DNA of 64,000 nucleotides from Candidatus Shapirobacteria bacterium. GTDB taxonomy: Bacteria > Patescibacteriota > Microgenomatia > UBA12405. The notes under the pieces were generated by a model. That model saw nothing but the letters and a program-made list of their open reading frames with translations. It had not been told where the DNA came from and did not search any database. Numbering within the stretch: the first letter of the stretch is position 1; each line of letters begins with the position of its first letter. The translations under genes and the position numbers were made by a program. Below, piece by piece: positions 30,459-41,056 of the stretch. The stretch spans positions 366,819 to 430,818 of the forward strand of contig JBAZYN010000001.1 in the NCBI GenBank assembly GCA_041659325.1, given 5' to 3'.

Positions 30459-31174
30459 ATATCATAAGTAATATTTATCTTCTTTTTCGTTTCATTTCCG
30501 GCCAAATCCCTCGCCACTATCTCAATCTCATTTTTTCCGGCAGCAAGTTGAAACTTTAGCTTAAATTTTCCCTCATCATCAACCATAGCTACTCTATTAT
30601 TGACCAACACACTTGCATCTTTTTCTGCCTTTCCTACAATATCAAAATCAGAATAGTCGACCGTCAGTACATCCTCGCTAGGATTCATCATAACGATCTC
30701 TGCCGGTTGATTATCATAAACCACCGTCACCATTTTTGACATTTCACTGCTACCACCCTTCTCAGACATTGCCACAGCGCTAAAGCTATTCTCTCCATTT
30801 TCGAGGGCCACATCATCAAAAACAAAATCACCCTTATCTGTCATATCAACCTTACCGATGGAAACATCATTTTTTAATAGCTCCACAACGGTTCCAATCT
30901 CACCCAATCCCGAAATGGCAATGGTTGAACTGTTGGTCGCCTCATAAGGCATGATAATCCTCGGAGCCAACGGGGGAATAACTTTTTCTGTATCAACACC
31001 GGCATCCTTGTTTTTAAGGTCACCCAAAAATACGGAAAATTTGACCAAAAGAGGTAAACCAAAAGTGATCGTTAAAACAAACAACACTACTGTTATAAAT
31101 CCCAATAGTACAGTTTTTTTAGTAATCTGCTCTTCTTCTTTTCTCTCTAGTCTTGATCTTACAAACTCAGCCAT
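30455..31174 (-). CDS. Membrane-anchored protein with Ig-like (Big) repeats, unknown function
   Basis: N-terminal TM followed by beta-rich repeats, ending in an NEIEIVARDLAGNETKK Big-like motif. Confidence 0.4.
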   Translation of the reverse strand: MAEFVRSRLERKEEEQITKKTVLLGFITVVLFVLTITFGLPLLVKFSVFLGDLKNKDAGVDTEKVIPPLAPRIIMPYEATNSSTIAISGLGEIGTVVELLKNDVSIGKVDMTDKGDFVFDDVALENGENSFSAVAMSEKGGSSEMSKMVTVVYDNQPAEIVMMNPSEDVLTVDYSDFDIVGKAEKDASVLVNNRVAMVDDEGKFKLKFQLAAGKNEIEIVARDLAGNETKKKINITYDI

Positions 31175-31209
31175 AACAAGAATAGTTTAACATTTTATAT
31201 TTTTAATTG

Positions 31210-31282
31210 AGCCGAAGGGGAGAGTCGAACTCCCGACCCCGGCTTTACGAAAGCCTTGCTCTACCAACTGAGCTACTCCGGC
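31210..31282 (-). tRNA. tRNA-Thr (anticodon CGT)
   Basis: Reverse complement folds as GCCGGAG..TTCGTAA..TTCGACT..CTTCGGC. Confidence 0.8.
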
Positions 31283-31288
31283 ACTCAG

Positions 31289-31359
31289 AGCGGCTAGAGG
31301 GAATCGGACCCTCGACTAATCCTTGGGAAGGACTCGTTTTACCACTAAACCATAGCCGC
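31289..31359 (-). tRNA. tRNA-Gly (anticodon CCC)
   Basis: Reverse complement folds as GCGGCTA..loop TTCCCAA..GAGGG-TCCGATT-CCCTC..TAGCCGC with discriminator U. Confidence 0.8.
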
Positions 31360-31374
31360 AACGTCAATATTTTA

Positions 31375-31926
31375 TCACGGCAAAGCTAATTTAGTTCCCA
31401 CCTCGATAAAATTAGGATCAGAAATCAAGTTTCTATTCTGATTCCAGATATCCGACCATTTCATACCATCGCTATACAAATCAACCGAAATTCTCCACAA
31501 ACTATCTCCCTTCTTAACGATATACTCTCCCGATGGCCCGGGGGCCGCATCAACCGACAACAAACCCAACTCCTGTCCCACTGATAATAAATTAGCATCC
31601 GCAAGATTATTTCTCTTTGCTATTTCCACCCACTTATGGCCATTCCCATATATTTTTACAGCAATATCCCATAAATTGTCACCATTTTCAACCTTATAAT
31701 ATCTCCCGCCTTCCTCGTTTTTCACTTTAGTTTCAGTGGGGACAAGAGTTACATTATCTGCGACTGATATTTGATTGCTCACTCCAGGTACAGAGACATT
31801 CCCTTTTCTTCTCTGGATGAAATTAAATAATAAACCAATTACCACCCCGACAATTACCAGACCCAAAACCATACTCATCAAATCTTCTTTTGAACTATCA
31901 GTCAATAATTTATCTTTTCTCTTCAT
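31375..31926 (-). CDS. LysM-domain peptidoglycan-binding protein (two LysM repeats, N-terminal TM)
   Basis: YYKVENGDNLWDIAVKIYG and YIVKKGDSLWRISVDLY repeats. Confidence 0.7.
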   Translation of the reverse strand: MKRKDKLLTDSSKEDLMSMVLGLVIVGVVIGLLFNFIQRRKGNVSVPGVSNQISVADNVTLVPTETKVKNEEGGRYYKVENGDNLWDIAVKIYGNGHKWVEIAKRNNLADANLLSVGQELGLLSVDAAPGPSGEYIVKKGDSLWRISVDLYSDGMKWSDIWNQNRNLISDPNFIEVGTKLALP

Positions 31927-32041
31927 ATGTATACCCCAAAAATTATTAACACACTTTACACAATTTCAGTCCTATAGTCAATAAAATATTAACAAAATAG
32001 GTGACTCATTTTGCCTGTATAATCATAGTTAACCAAACAAT

Positions 32042-32980
32042 ATGACAGTTTCCATCATTATCCCAACATACAATCGGTCTATAACACTAAGAAAATGTCT
32101 TGACTCAATTAAGGCCCAAAGTTACGATCAAGACAAGATAGAAATTATCGTTGTCGACGACGGATCTACTGACAACACCAGTAAAGTCGTCAAAAATAAC
32201 ATCGGTTCCTTAAATATCGCATACTACTACCAATCAAACAGAGGGCCGTCTGCGGCCAGAAACCTCGCAATCCGAAAAAGTAAAAATAAAATAATTCTGA
32301 TAATCAACGATGACACGATATTATCAAAAGAAATGGTAGAGGAGCATGTCAGATTTCACAACAAATTTAAAAGCGAAAATTGTGCCATTTTAGGATATGT
32401 TGAATGGGATAATTCCATCAACCTTACCCCGTATATGAAGTGGCTCCAGGAAAAAGGACCACTTTTTGCTTACTATGAAATAAAGGGAATAAAGGCCAAC
32501 TGGGGATTTGCCTTCACCTGCAACATTTCTTACAAAAGAAAATTCCTGCTGAAGAATGGCTTATTTGATGAAGATTTTCCGTATGCTGCCTGGGAAGATA
32601 TTGAATTAGCCTATCGTCTCAGTCAAAAAGGAATGATTCTCTATTACAACAAAAAAGCCATCGGTTATCACCACCACTTCACCACTTTACAAAGCAGCCT
32701 TAGAAAAATGATTACCCAGGGGAAAAGCGCTATTATTATGTCTCAAAAAATTAAACAACAAGCCGATCTCCCACCAATCAGTAGAAAAATTATGGGAAAA
32801 AATCTGCAAAGACTTGATTCAATTTTCCTCAATAAACCCATTGCCTGGATTTTAGAAAAAATTGCCTTTTTTCTGGAAAACAAATTTATAATTAGCCCTT
32901 TATTTACAATCCTGCTACTCCACTATCGGCTAATCGGCAGAAAAGAAATGCTAAAAATCTATGCTCAAAAAGATAATTAA
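32042..32980 (+). CDS. Glycosyltransferase family 2
   Basis: VSIIIPTYNR...IIVVDDGSTDNT and a DXD region. Confidence 0.7.
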   Translation: MTVSIIIPTYNRSITLRKCLDSIKAQSYDQDKIEIIVVDDGSTDNTSKVVKNNIGSLNIAYYYQSNRGPSAARNLAIRKSKNKIILIINDDTILSKEMVEEHVRFHNKFKSENCAILGYVEWDNSINLTPYMKWLQEKGPLFAYYEIKGIKANWGFAFTCNISYKRKFLLKNGLFDEDFPYAAWEDIELAYRLSQKGMILYYNKKAIGYHHHFTTLQSSLRKMITQGKSAIIMSQKIKQQADLPPISRKIMGKNLQRLDSIFLNKPIAWILEKIAFFLENKFIISPLFTILLLHYRLIGRKEMLKIYAQKDN

Positions 32981-34073
32981 TATCGTAAGAGGATCCTTTA
33001 GGCCTAAAAAGATTAACCAGATAATTTTTTTTATAACCGGAAATTGCAATCTAAAATGTCAACATTGTTTTTATTGGAAGAATTTAAATGATCAAGAAGA
33101 TATATCAATTGACAAAATTAAAAAGTTAAGCCTATCCCTGCCAAAGTTTAATTTCCTTCTTCTGTCAGGAGGAGAACCGTTTCTAAGAAAAGAAATCGAA
33201 GAAATTATCGACATTTTTTCCAAAAACAATTTCATCAAGGCAGTGGCGATACCAAGCAATGGTTTTGCTGTTGACTTAACCATCAAAAAAATTAAACTCC
33301 TGACAACAAAATTTCCAAACATCAATTTCTATATAAATTTTTCTTTGGACGGCCTTAAAAAAACACACGAAGAAATCAGGTCTGTTAAAAACAGCTACAG
33401 AAACGTCATTACCTCTATAAAAAGGGCGGGGGTGGTCTCCCAAAAAACACCAAATCTTTTTATTGGTATAAACTCCGTTATCAGCGCCAAAAACATTGAT
33501 CAAATTGATCCGCTCATAAAAAAACTCAAAATAATAGGAAGAAAATGGAATTATAAACACTATTTCGAAATTATTAGGGGCAATCCTAGAATGCCGCTAA
33601 TAAAAAACCTCAATAGTGCCAAAGCAGAAAAGTTATTTTTCGGTACTATTATCGACTACCAAAAATATCTTTGGTCAAAGAACAACAATAGTTGGCTCAA
33701 TGCCTCGATTAATCGTCTTATCACCGAAATAAATTTTTATTTTCAATACAAACTTCAGTTAGACAACGTTTTTCGCCGCAAACCATGGCCCATGCCATGT
33801 ATGGCCGGTAAAACCATCATCACCGTTAACCATAGAGGGGAAATTGGTTCTTGTGAATTAAGAAAACCACTTGTTAACCTAAAAAATATTGAATATAACC
33901 TTGGTAAGTTCCTGAAAAGTAAAAAAATGAATCAAGAAATAATCTCGATTAAAAACGATAGATGCTTTTGCAGTCATATCTGTTTTATTAGTGAAAGCCT
34001 CTATAACAATCCAAAAACATTAGTATTCACTCAGCTTTACACTTGGTTAAAATATAGAATGTTTAACCCTTGA
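32961..34073 (+). CDS. Radical SAM enzyme with a C-terminal SPASM/twitch-like Cys cluster
   Basis: CNLKCQHC (Cx3Cx2C), a GGEPFL motif, and C-terminal PCMAG...GSCE...CFCSHIC. Confidence 0.7.
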   Translation: MLKKIINIVRGSFRPKKINQIIFFITGNCNLKCQHCFYWKNLNDQEDISIDKIKKLSLSLPKFNFLLLSGGEPFLRKEIEEIIDIFSKNNFIKAVAIPSNGFAVDLTIKKIKLLTTKFPNINFYINFSLDGLKKTHEEIRSVKNSYRNVITSIKRAGVVSQKTPNLFIGINSVISAKNIDQIDPLIKKLKIIGRKWNYKHYFEIIRGNPRMPLIKNLNSAKAEKLFFGTIIDYQKYLWSKNNNSWLNASINRLITEINFYFQYKLQLDNVFRRKPWPMPCMAGKTIITVNHRGEIGSCELRKPLVNLKNIEYNLGKFLKSKKMNQEIISIKNDRCFCSHICFISESLYNNPKTLVFTQLYTWLKYRMFNP

Positions 34074-34104
34074 AAAAACAAAAACAACAAGGGACAATAC
34101 ACAC

Positions 34105-34707
34105 ATGAATCACATCCAAAGAGAAAGGACCTTAGCCATTGTTAAGCCTGACGGCTTACAAAGATCGCTTGTCGGGGAAATAATGTCACGGATCGAAAGA
34201 ACTGGGCTGAAACTGGTAGCTGTTAAATTTGCCTTCGCTACCGAAGACCAGTGTTGGGAACATTACAACAAAAACGAAGAATGGTTCGCCTCCAAAGGGC
34301 AAATGACCGTTGACAACAGAACCAAAAACAATCTGCCTATTGAAAAATCTGCATCTGAATACGGAAAAGACATTATAAGAGCTAGTGTAAAGTTTATGAC
34401 CTCTGGTCCTCTCTTGATGATGGTTTGGGAAGGAAATCAAGCAGTAGGCATTGTCAAAAAGTTAGTTGGCGGAACCGAACCCCTAACCTCAGATGTCGGC
34501 ACCATAAGAGGGGATCTTACCCTTGACTCATATGAATTATCAAATCTAGACGGCAGATCCGTAAGAAATTTAATCCACTGTACTGACAAAGTTGAAGAGT
34601 CAAAAAGAGAAATCGATATTTGGTTCACCCCAACCGAAATCCTCAGCTACAGACTAATTGCCGATGAAATTCTCTACGACATCAACTTCGATGGCAAAAA
34701 CGAGTAA
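34105..34707 (+). CDS. ndk: Nucleoside diphosphate kinase (long form)
   Basis: ERTLAIVKPDGLQRSLVGEI, GTIRGD and NLIHCTD (active-site His) motifs. Confidence 0.85.
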   Translation: MNHIQRERTLAIVKPDGLQRSLVGEIMSRIERTGLKLVAVKFAFATEDQCWEHYNKNEEWFASKGQMTVDNRTKNNLPIEKSASEYGKDIIRASVKFMTSGPLLMMVWEGNQAVGIVKKLVGGTEPLTSDVGTIRGDLTLDSYELSNLDGRSVRNLIHCTDKVEESKREIDIWFTPTEILSYRLIADEILYDINFDGKNE

Positions 34708-34815
34708 CATCCTCAATTCAGTTAACCCAAATCACAACCTCGACTCCATCATATACTCTCATGGTGGATTTTAAAGAAAAAACAAAAAATCCGTCACATA
34801 GACGGATTTTATTTG

Positions 34816-34889
34816 CGGATCCAATGGGATTCGAACCCACGATCTTCCGCGTGACAGGCGGATGTGCTAGACCGCTGCACCATGGATCC
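34816..34889 (-). tRNA. tRNA-Asp (anticodon GTC)
   Basis: Reverse complement folds as GGATCCA..loop CTGTCAC..GTGGG-TTCGAAT-CCCAT..TGGATCC with discriminator G. Confidence 0.8.
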
Positions 34890-34967
34890 ACGCATTTCTG
34901 CCCTGATAATATATCAAAAAAAACACTCACAAACAACGGACAATTTACAAATGTTCTATAATCTTCC

Positions 34968-36017
34968 ATGAACAAAAAATTCTACCCGCTTACAAACTCC
35001 GAAATCGCAAAACACTTGACCGACATTGCCATCGCCTACGAGATAAAAAATAAAAATCGCTTTCGAATAACTTCCTACCAGAATGCAGCTGACACCATTT
35101 TAACTTATCCCAAATCTATTTTTGAAATCTGGAAAAAAGACAAAACGGATCTCGATAATATTCCCGGAATCGGATCAAACATAATGGAAAAACTTGACTT
35201 TCTATTCACCAACGGGAAACCACACCCAGCACTTAAGAAAGTATTTAAGGGCATCCACCCCTCAGTATTTCTGTTTGAACGCATAGACGGCATCGGCCCC
35301 AAAATCGCCTATAAACTAACCCAACATCTTAAATTTCCCAAAGACCCTGCTAAATCTATAGACAGACTTATCTTTTACGCACAAAAGGGCAAAATAAAAG
35401 GCATCCCTTCTTTTGGGGAAAAGTCAGAAAAATTAATACTCGAAAACACTCTGAACTATGCCGGCCGAAAAAACAGAATGGCCTTATCAACCGCACAAGA
35501 TATAGCCCAAAAGATAATCATTTATCTAAAATCAAAATTTCCGTCAACAGAGTTTGTCGCCCTTGGAAGTCTTCGCCGATTATCAGATACAGTCGGAGAT
35601 ATAGACATCGCCGGTAAAGGCAAAAACACAAAGGAAATTATTAATCATTTTATTAACTATCCGGAAAGCATCCAAACAATAGTTCAAGGGCCTAAAAAAG
35701 CATCTATCAGAGTAGAAAACGATGTTCGTATCGACATTATGATCGAACCACAAGAAATTTTTGGATCACTTCTCCAACATTTTACTGGCTCCAGGCAGCA
35801 CAATATTAATCTTCGAAAATATGCGCTTTCCCTTGGCTATAGCCTATCCGAATACGGGATAAAAGATACAAAAACAAAAAAAATACACGCTTTCGAGAAT
35901 GAAGTTGATTTCTACGAATTTCTTAAACTCTGTTTCATAAAACCGCAAGACAGACTGGGCAAAAACGAGATTGAAATTGCTCAAAAGTGCTATAATAAGA
36001 CTAGATTATCAAATTAA
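34968..36017 (+). CDS. DNA polymerase family X (Pol-beta-like core, no PHP domain)
   Basis: HhH IPGIGSNIMEKL, a second GIGPKIAYKL, and nucleotidyltransferase GSLRRLSDTVGDIDIAG. Confidence 0.65.
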   Translation: MNKKFYPLTNSEIAKHLTDIAIAYEIKNKNRFRITSYQNAADTILTYPKSIFEIWKKDKTDLDNIPGIGSNIMEKLDFLFTNGKPHPALKKVFKGIHPSVFLFERIDGIGPKIAYKLTQHLKFPKDPAKSIDRLIFYAQKGKIKGIPSFGEKSEKLILENTLNYAGRKNRMALSTAQDIAQKIIIYLKSKFPSTEFVALGSLRRLSDTVGDIDIAGKGKNTKEIINHFINYPESIQTIVQGPKKASIRVENDVRIDIMIEPQEIFGSLLQHFTGSRQHNINLRKYALSLGYSLSEYGIKDTKTKKIHAFENEVDFYEFLKLCFIKPQDRLGKNEIEIAQKCYNKTRLSN

Positions 36018-36029
36018 CTTTACAAAACC

Positions 36030-36614
36030 ATGCCACTTCTAATAATACTCGCCGTTGTTACCTTCATAGTTGTTTTCTTAATTTCATTCTTCAACCATCT
36101 ACGCGCAATCCAAATTCAAATTCAGGCATCAATTCAGGAAATCGGAAATCAACTAAAACGCCAATCTGACCTTATCCCCAACCTAGTGGAATCAGTCAAA
36201 GGCTATATGAAGCATGAAAAGGATATCTTTACCAGCCTAACGGACGCCAGACGTCTTATAAACCGGGCTTTGGAAACTAAAAACCCGGAACAAATCAACA
36301 AAGCCCAAGAATCAATTGGAAAAATCATTAAAGACATTTCCATCATTGTCGAAAGTAATCCGGAAATTAAAGCGTCGCAGGTAGTCGAAAATCTCATGAA
36401 CGAGCTTCGCGATACCGCCGACAAAGTAACCTATGCCAGAAGACTACTCATCGACCTCACTGCCGATTTCAATACTACCATCTCTACAATTCCGGGAGTC
36501 TGGATAGCTCCTATAATGGGTTTTAAAACAGAAAAAGGATTAAGCGTCCCCACCGCCGGAAAATTTCTTGAAGTTTCCGAAGAAGAAACACAAAAACCAT
36601 CGGTAAAAATCTAA
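36030..36614 (+). CDS. lemA: LemA family protein
   Basis: N-terminal TM and RRLLIDLTADFNTTISTIPGVWIA, typical of LemA. Confidence 0.7.
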   Translation: MPLLIILAVVTFIVVFLISFFNHLRAIQIQIQASIQEIGNQLKRQSDLIPNLVESVKGYMKHEKDIFTSLTDARRLINRALETKNPEQINKAQESIGKIIKDISIIVESNPEIKASQVVENLMNELRDTADKVTYARRLLIDLTADFNTTISTIPGVWIAPIMGFKTEKGLSVPTAGKFLEVSEEETQKPSVKI

Positions 36615-36618
36615 TTTT

Positions 36619-37494
36619 ATGCTTAATGTCTACGAACAGGTCAGAAATAACAAATCCAGATCCTCCACCATCATCGCCCTCTTTATAATTTTCATCATTT
36701 CCGTTGCAACGATAATTACATACGCCTTTGATTTAGACCCATCATTTGTAATTTTTGCCGTCATTTTTTCATGTTTTTCTTCAGTAATCAGCTATTTTTA
36801 TGGCGATAAAATAGTCCTCAACCTAAACAATGCCCACCCGGCCAAACGGGAAAAATATTTTGATTTTTATACTATAACAGAAAACCTTGCCATGGGAATG
36901 GGTATTCCAAAGCCACAAATTTATGTCATCGAAGACGAATCCCCAAACGCCTTTGCCACCGGAAAAGACCCCAAAAGTGCCGTAATTTGTGCCACTACCG
37001 GCCTTCTTAACAAACTCAACCGAACTGAACTTGAAGGTGTAATAGCCCACGAACTATCGCACATTCAAAACTACGATATCAGGGTAATGATGATTGTTAG
37101 TGTCCTAATCGGTACGATTTCCATCCTGGTAAATTTGGTTTCCAGAAATCGTCTCGGCAGAAACAGCGACCGTAAAAGCAACGGGCTCTTAATTCTATTA
37201 GGATTCATTCTCTTATTATTTGCCCCTTTAATCGGTCAAATTATCCAACTTGCCATCTCGAGAAGTAGGGAATTCCTGGCTGATTCTTCGGCTGTTAAAT
37301 TAACCCGTCAACCACAGGGATTAATTAATGCTCTCAAAAAAATATCCTCCGACCCCTCGGTTCTCGCCTCAGCCTCAACCGCCACCGCTAGCCTTTATAT
37401 CATAAACCCCTTTAAAAACAATAAAATCGCCAATCTTTTTTCTACCCATCCCCCTATTGAAAAAAGGATTACCGCCCTTGAGCAAATGCTCTAA
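36619..37494 (+). CDS. htpX: HtpX-like M48 zinc metalloprotease
   Basis: HELSHIQNYD (HExxH), TMs, and the LemA-HtpX pairing. Confidence 0.8.
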   Translation: MLNVYEQVRNNKSRSSTIIALFIIFIISVATIITYAFDLDPSFVIFAVIFSCFSSVISYFYGDKIVLNLNNAHPAKREKYFDFYTITENLAMGMGIPKPQIYVIEDESPNAFATGKDPKSAVICATTGLLNKLNRTELEGVIAHELSHIQNYDIRVMMIVSVLIGTISILVNLVSRNRLGRNSDRKSNGLLILLGFILLLFAPLIGQIIQLAISRSREFLADSSAVKLTRQPQGLINALKKISSDPSVLASASTATASLYIINPFKNNKIANLFSTHPPIEKRITALEQML

Positions 37495-37574
37495 GTCGCA
37501 AAATTCCCGCATATGGTGATTTTGATACACTTCCTCCAACTTTTAACTTTTGACTTTTAACTTTAGACTTACAT

Positions 37575-40500
37575 ATGTCTTTCGTCCATCTTCACGTCCA
37601 CACCGAGTATTCCCTGCTAGATGGCTTATCAAAAATTAAAAAGTTAACCAGTCTGGTAAAAGACATGGGAATGAATGCCCTGGCTATAACTGACCACGGC
37701 AATATGTATGGAGCAATTGAATTTTACAAATCTTGTCAAAAAACCGGTATAAAGCCAATTATAGGATGCGAAATGTATCTCGCTCCCACTAGTAGATTGG
37801 ACAAAAATAATGCCAGTCGAAAATCATCGCACCTCATCCTTTTGGCCAAAAATCTTCAAGGATACAAAAACCTAATGAAAATGGTCACCATTAGTTTTAT
37901 GGAGGGCTTTTATTACAAACCAAGAATCGATTGGGAAATCTTGGAAAAATATCACGAAGGAATAATATGTAGCAGTTCCTGCCTTGAAGGAGAAATATCC
38001 CAGCTTATCATCGACAACCGATACGATCAGGCTATGGATAAGGCCAAAAATTTCCATCAACTTTTTGGGCAAGATTATTATCTTGAAATCCAAAAGCACG
38101 TGGGACTAAAAAATCAGGATGTGGCCAATGAAAAGATCGTAAAAATCAGCCGTGAGTTAGGAATTCCACTAGTCGCAACCAACGATGCCCATTATCTCAA
38201 AAAAGATGATGCCTTCGCTCAGGACGTGCTGGTCATGATTAACACTCAAACCACCATTGACAATCAAAAAAGGCTTTCTATGTTTGATGTTCCGGATTTT
38301 TATATTAAAAGCCCGGAAGAAATGGCCGACCAATTTTCCCAATACCCCGACGCCATTGAAAATACACAAGTAATAGCCGATAAATGTAATCTTGAAATCG
38401 AAATAGGGAAGTGGTATTTCCCTAAATTCCCCCTACCTGAAGGAAAAACATCAGAGGAATATCTTAAAGAAAAAACCTTTCAAATGGCGAAAAACCATTA
38501 CGGAGAATTAAGCCAGGAAATAATCGATCGCCTCGATTTTGAGCTCAATGTAATTTGTTCCAAAGGTTACGCCCCCTATTTTTTAATCGAGGAAGATTTT
38601 ATCCGGTGGGCAAATGAAAATGACACATCCTCAAATACCAGAGGATCCGCTGCCGGCTCGTTAGTATCATTTGTCCTGGGAATCACTTCTGTCGATCCCT
38701 TAATCTATCAATTGCCCTTTGAAAGATTCTTGAATATGGACAGACCAACTCCACCCGATATCGATCTAGACATCGCCGACGACAAAAGACAGGGAATGCT
38801 ATACCACATAGTCGAACAATATGGCGTAAACTCCGTTGCTCAAGTATGTACCTTCGGACGAATGATGGCCAAAGGTGCTGTTAGAGACACGGCCAGAGTA
38901 CTTGGTTATGAATATGCGACGGGAGATAAAATTAGTAAATTGATACCTTTAGGCTCTCAGGGATTCCCGATGTCAATCGACAAAGCTTTAAATACCGCCC
39001 CCGATTTAAAAGCCATTTACAACACCGATCCAGATGCTAAAAAAATTCTTGATACCGCTAAACAAATCGAAGGCTGCGCCCGACATATAAGCGTCCATGC
39101 TTGTGCCATCGTTATTTCCCCGGACGAAATTACAAATTATTGTCCAACCCAAGTTGAAACTGGTGGTGACAAAACAATTACCCAATATGAAATGCATGCA
39201 GTCGAAGATGTGGGGTTATTAAAATTTGACATTTTAGGAATCAGGAATCTTTCAATTTTAGGCTCAGCCGTTGTCAATGTAAGAAAAACAAAAAACATTA
39301 ATATAGATCTCAGGAAAATACCTCTTGATGACAAAAAAACTTTTGAAATGCTTTCGATGGGAGGCACTATGGGAACCTTTCAGCTTGGAGGCGAGGGTAT
39401 GACTAAATGGTTAAAAGAACTTAAACCGGAGAGAGTCGAAGATTTAATGGCGATGGTTGCTCTCTATCGTCCTGGCCCCATGGCCATTATTCCGGAATAT
39501 ATCGCCAGAAAAAATGATCCCTCGAAAATCTCATACTTCGATCCCAAAATGGAAAAATACCTTAAAAAATCCTACGGCTTATTGGTTTACCAAGACGATT
39601 GTTTATACACCGCCATTGAGTTAGCCGGCTACAACTGGGTAGAAGTTGACAAGTTTCGAAAAGCCATCGGCAAAAAAATACCCGAAGAAATGGCTGCGCA
39701 AAAAGAGAAATTTATTCAGGGATGTATCAAAAACGGTTATACCCAAGAAAAAGCCGAAGAGATTTTTAGTTACATCGAACCATTCACTAGTTATGGATTC
39801 AATAAGGCCCACGCCGCCTCCTACGGTATGCTAGCTTATCGAACCGCATACATGAAGGCCAATTACCCGGTTGAATTTATGTGTGCTCTGCTTACCGCCG
39901 AATCAGGTGATATCGAAAAAGTTAGCGCTGGGGTAGAAGAATGCCGTAACATGAGTATAATTGTCAACCCTCCAGACATAAACCGCTCAGAAAATGGTTT
40001 TACAAACGAACCAAACGAACTTTCGAAAGAAGGAATGGCGATAAGATTTGGCTTAAGCGGAATCAAAAATGTTGGCAAAGCTGCAATTGATGATATCTTG
40101 TCAGAAAGGAAACAGAATGGTGAGTTTTATACCTTCACCGATTTCTGCCTAAGGGTGGATAGCCAAAAAGTTAACAAAAAAGTTTTTGAAAGTCTTGTCA
40201 AAGTTGGCGCCATGGACCAATTTGGAGAAAGAAACTCAATTTTAGTCTCAATAGATAAAACCCGGTCTGATTGCGAAAAACAAAACAACAAAAACAATAC
40301 AGGGCAATTCGGGCTTTTTGATGGTCCAAAAGATGAAAAAAAGAAAAATTCCGCTCCCCCGGACAGTTTCGCCCAGACAGAACCGATGAGTCAAAAAGAC
40401 AAACTGGCTCTGGAAAAAGAACTATTGGGTATCTATATAACCGAAAACCCAATTTCCAAAATGCTTGACCAATTTCAGCAAAACGGTTTTCCCAAAATCG

Positions 40501-40991
40501 GCGATATTACCGCCAAGGGTCCTGATATCACTGTTAAATTTGTCGGTATCATTAGTAAATACAAAAAAATAACCACCAAGAAAAATGGTCTTCCCATGGC
40601 CTTCTTAGCGGTTGAAGACGAAACGGGAAAGATTGAGGTTGTTGTCTTCCCTAAAATATTCGAAAAGTGTAACCAAATCTTAATCGAAAATAAGGCCATA
40701 TATATCGAAGGAAAAACTAATCTTAGGGAAGGCAATATTTCCATACTTGCCGATGTAATCGAAATCAGTCCTCCGCAAAACTCTCCCAAATACGATTTTA
40801 TTATCCAAGTTCCTCCAAACACTACTCAAAACCAACTTATGAATCTTAACAACTTGCTAAAGAGGAACCAAAATGGGCATAGGGGATTAATAATACTTGC
40901 TAGCGGGAAAAACATTCCGCTACCATATGGTGTAAACTACAATTCTGACCTTCAAAAAGAAATCAACAATATCCTGAATATTGATAATTAA
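37575..40991 (+). CDS. dnaE: DNA polymerase III alpha subunit
   Basis: PHP domain HLHVHTEYSLLDG. 1138 aa with palm, fingers and an OB region. Confidence 0.9.
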   Translation: MSFVHLHVHTEYSLLDGLSKIKKLTSLVKDMGMNALAITDHGNMYGAIEFYKSCQKTGIKPIIGCEMYLAPTSRLDKNNASRKSSHLILLAKNLQGYKNLMKMVTISFMEGFYYKPRIDWEILEKYHEGIICSSSCLEGEISQLIIDNRYDQAMDKAKNFHQLFGQDYYLEIQKHVGLKNQDVANEKIVKISRELGIPLVATNDAHYLKKDDAFAQDVLVMINTQTTIDNQKRLSMFDVPDFYIKSPEEMADQFSQYPDAIENTQVIADKCNLEIEIGKWYFPKFPLPEGKTSEEYLKEKTFQMAKNHYGELSQEIIDRLDFELNVICSKGYAPYFLIEEDFIRWANENDTSSNTRGSAAGSLVSFVLGITSVDPLIYQLPFERFLNMDRPTPPDIDLDIADDKRQGMLYHIVEQYGVNSVAQVCTFGRMMAKGAVRDTARVLGYEYATGDKISKLIPLGSQGFPMSIDKALNTAPDLKAIYNTDPDAKKILDTAKQIEGCARHISVHACAIVISPDEITNYCPTQVETGGDKTITQYEMHAVEDVGLLKFDILGIRNLSILGSAVVNVRKTKNINIDLRKIPLDDKKTFEMLSMGGTMGTFQLGGEGMTKWLKELKPERVEDLMAMVALYRPGPMAIIPEYIARKNDPSKISYFDPKMEKYLKKSYGLLVYQDDCLYTAIELAGYNWVEVDKFRKAIGKKIPEEMAAQKEKFIQGCIKNGYTQEKAEEIFSYIEPFTSYGFNKAHAASYGMLAYRTAYMKANYPVEFMCALLTAESGDIEKVSAGVEECRNMSIIVNPPDINRSENGFTNEPNELSKEGMAIRFGLSGIKNVGKAAIDDILSERKQNGEFYTFTDFCLRVDSQKVNKKVFESLVKVGAMDQFGERNSILVSIDKTRSDCEKQNNKNNTGQFGLFDGPKDEKKKNSAPPDSFAQTEPMSQKDKLALEKELLGIYITENPISKMLDQFQQNGFPKIGDITAKGPDITVKFVGIISKYKKITTKKNGLPMAFLAVEDETGKIEVVVFPKIFEKCNQILIENKAIYIEGKTNLREGNISILADVIEISPPQNSPKYDFIIQVPPNTTQNQLMNLNNLLKRNQNGHRGLIILASGKNIPLPYGVNYNSDLQKEINNILNIDN

Positions 40992-41056
40992 CCATTTTTA
41001 GGCTAGAATACCAAGGTTTTCTCTGCTATAATTAAAAACAATAAGAAATCAAAAAT

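Noticed and set aside
31207-31389. 60-aa ORF 31207..31389(+)
   Set aside because: It lies over the tandem tRNA-Thr/tRNA-Gly genes on the opposite strand, so it is spurious.
34718-34975. ORFs 34718..34975(-) and 34761..34961(+) near ndk
   Set aside because: Both overlap the well-folded tRNA-Asp (34816..34889). They are most likely spurious.
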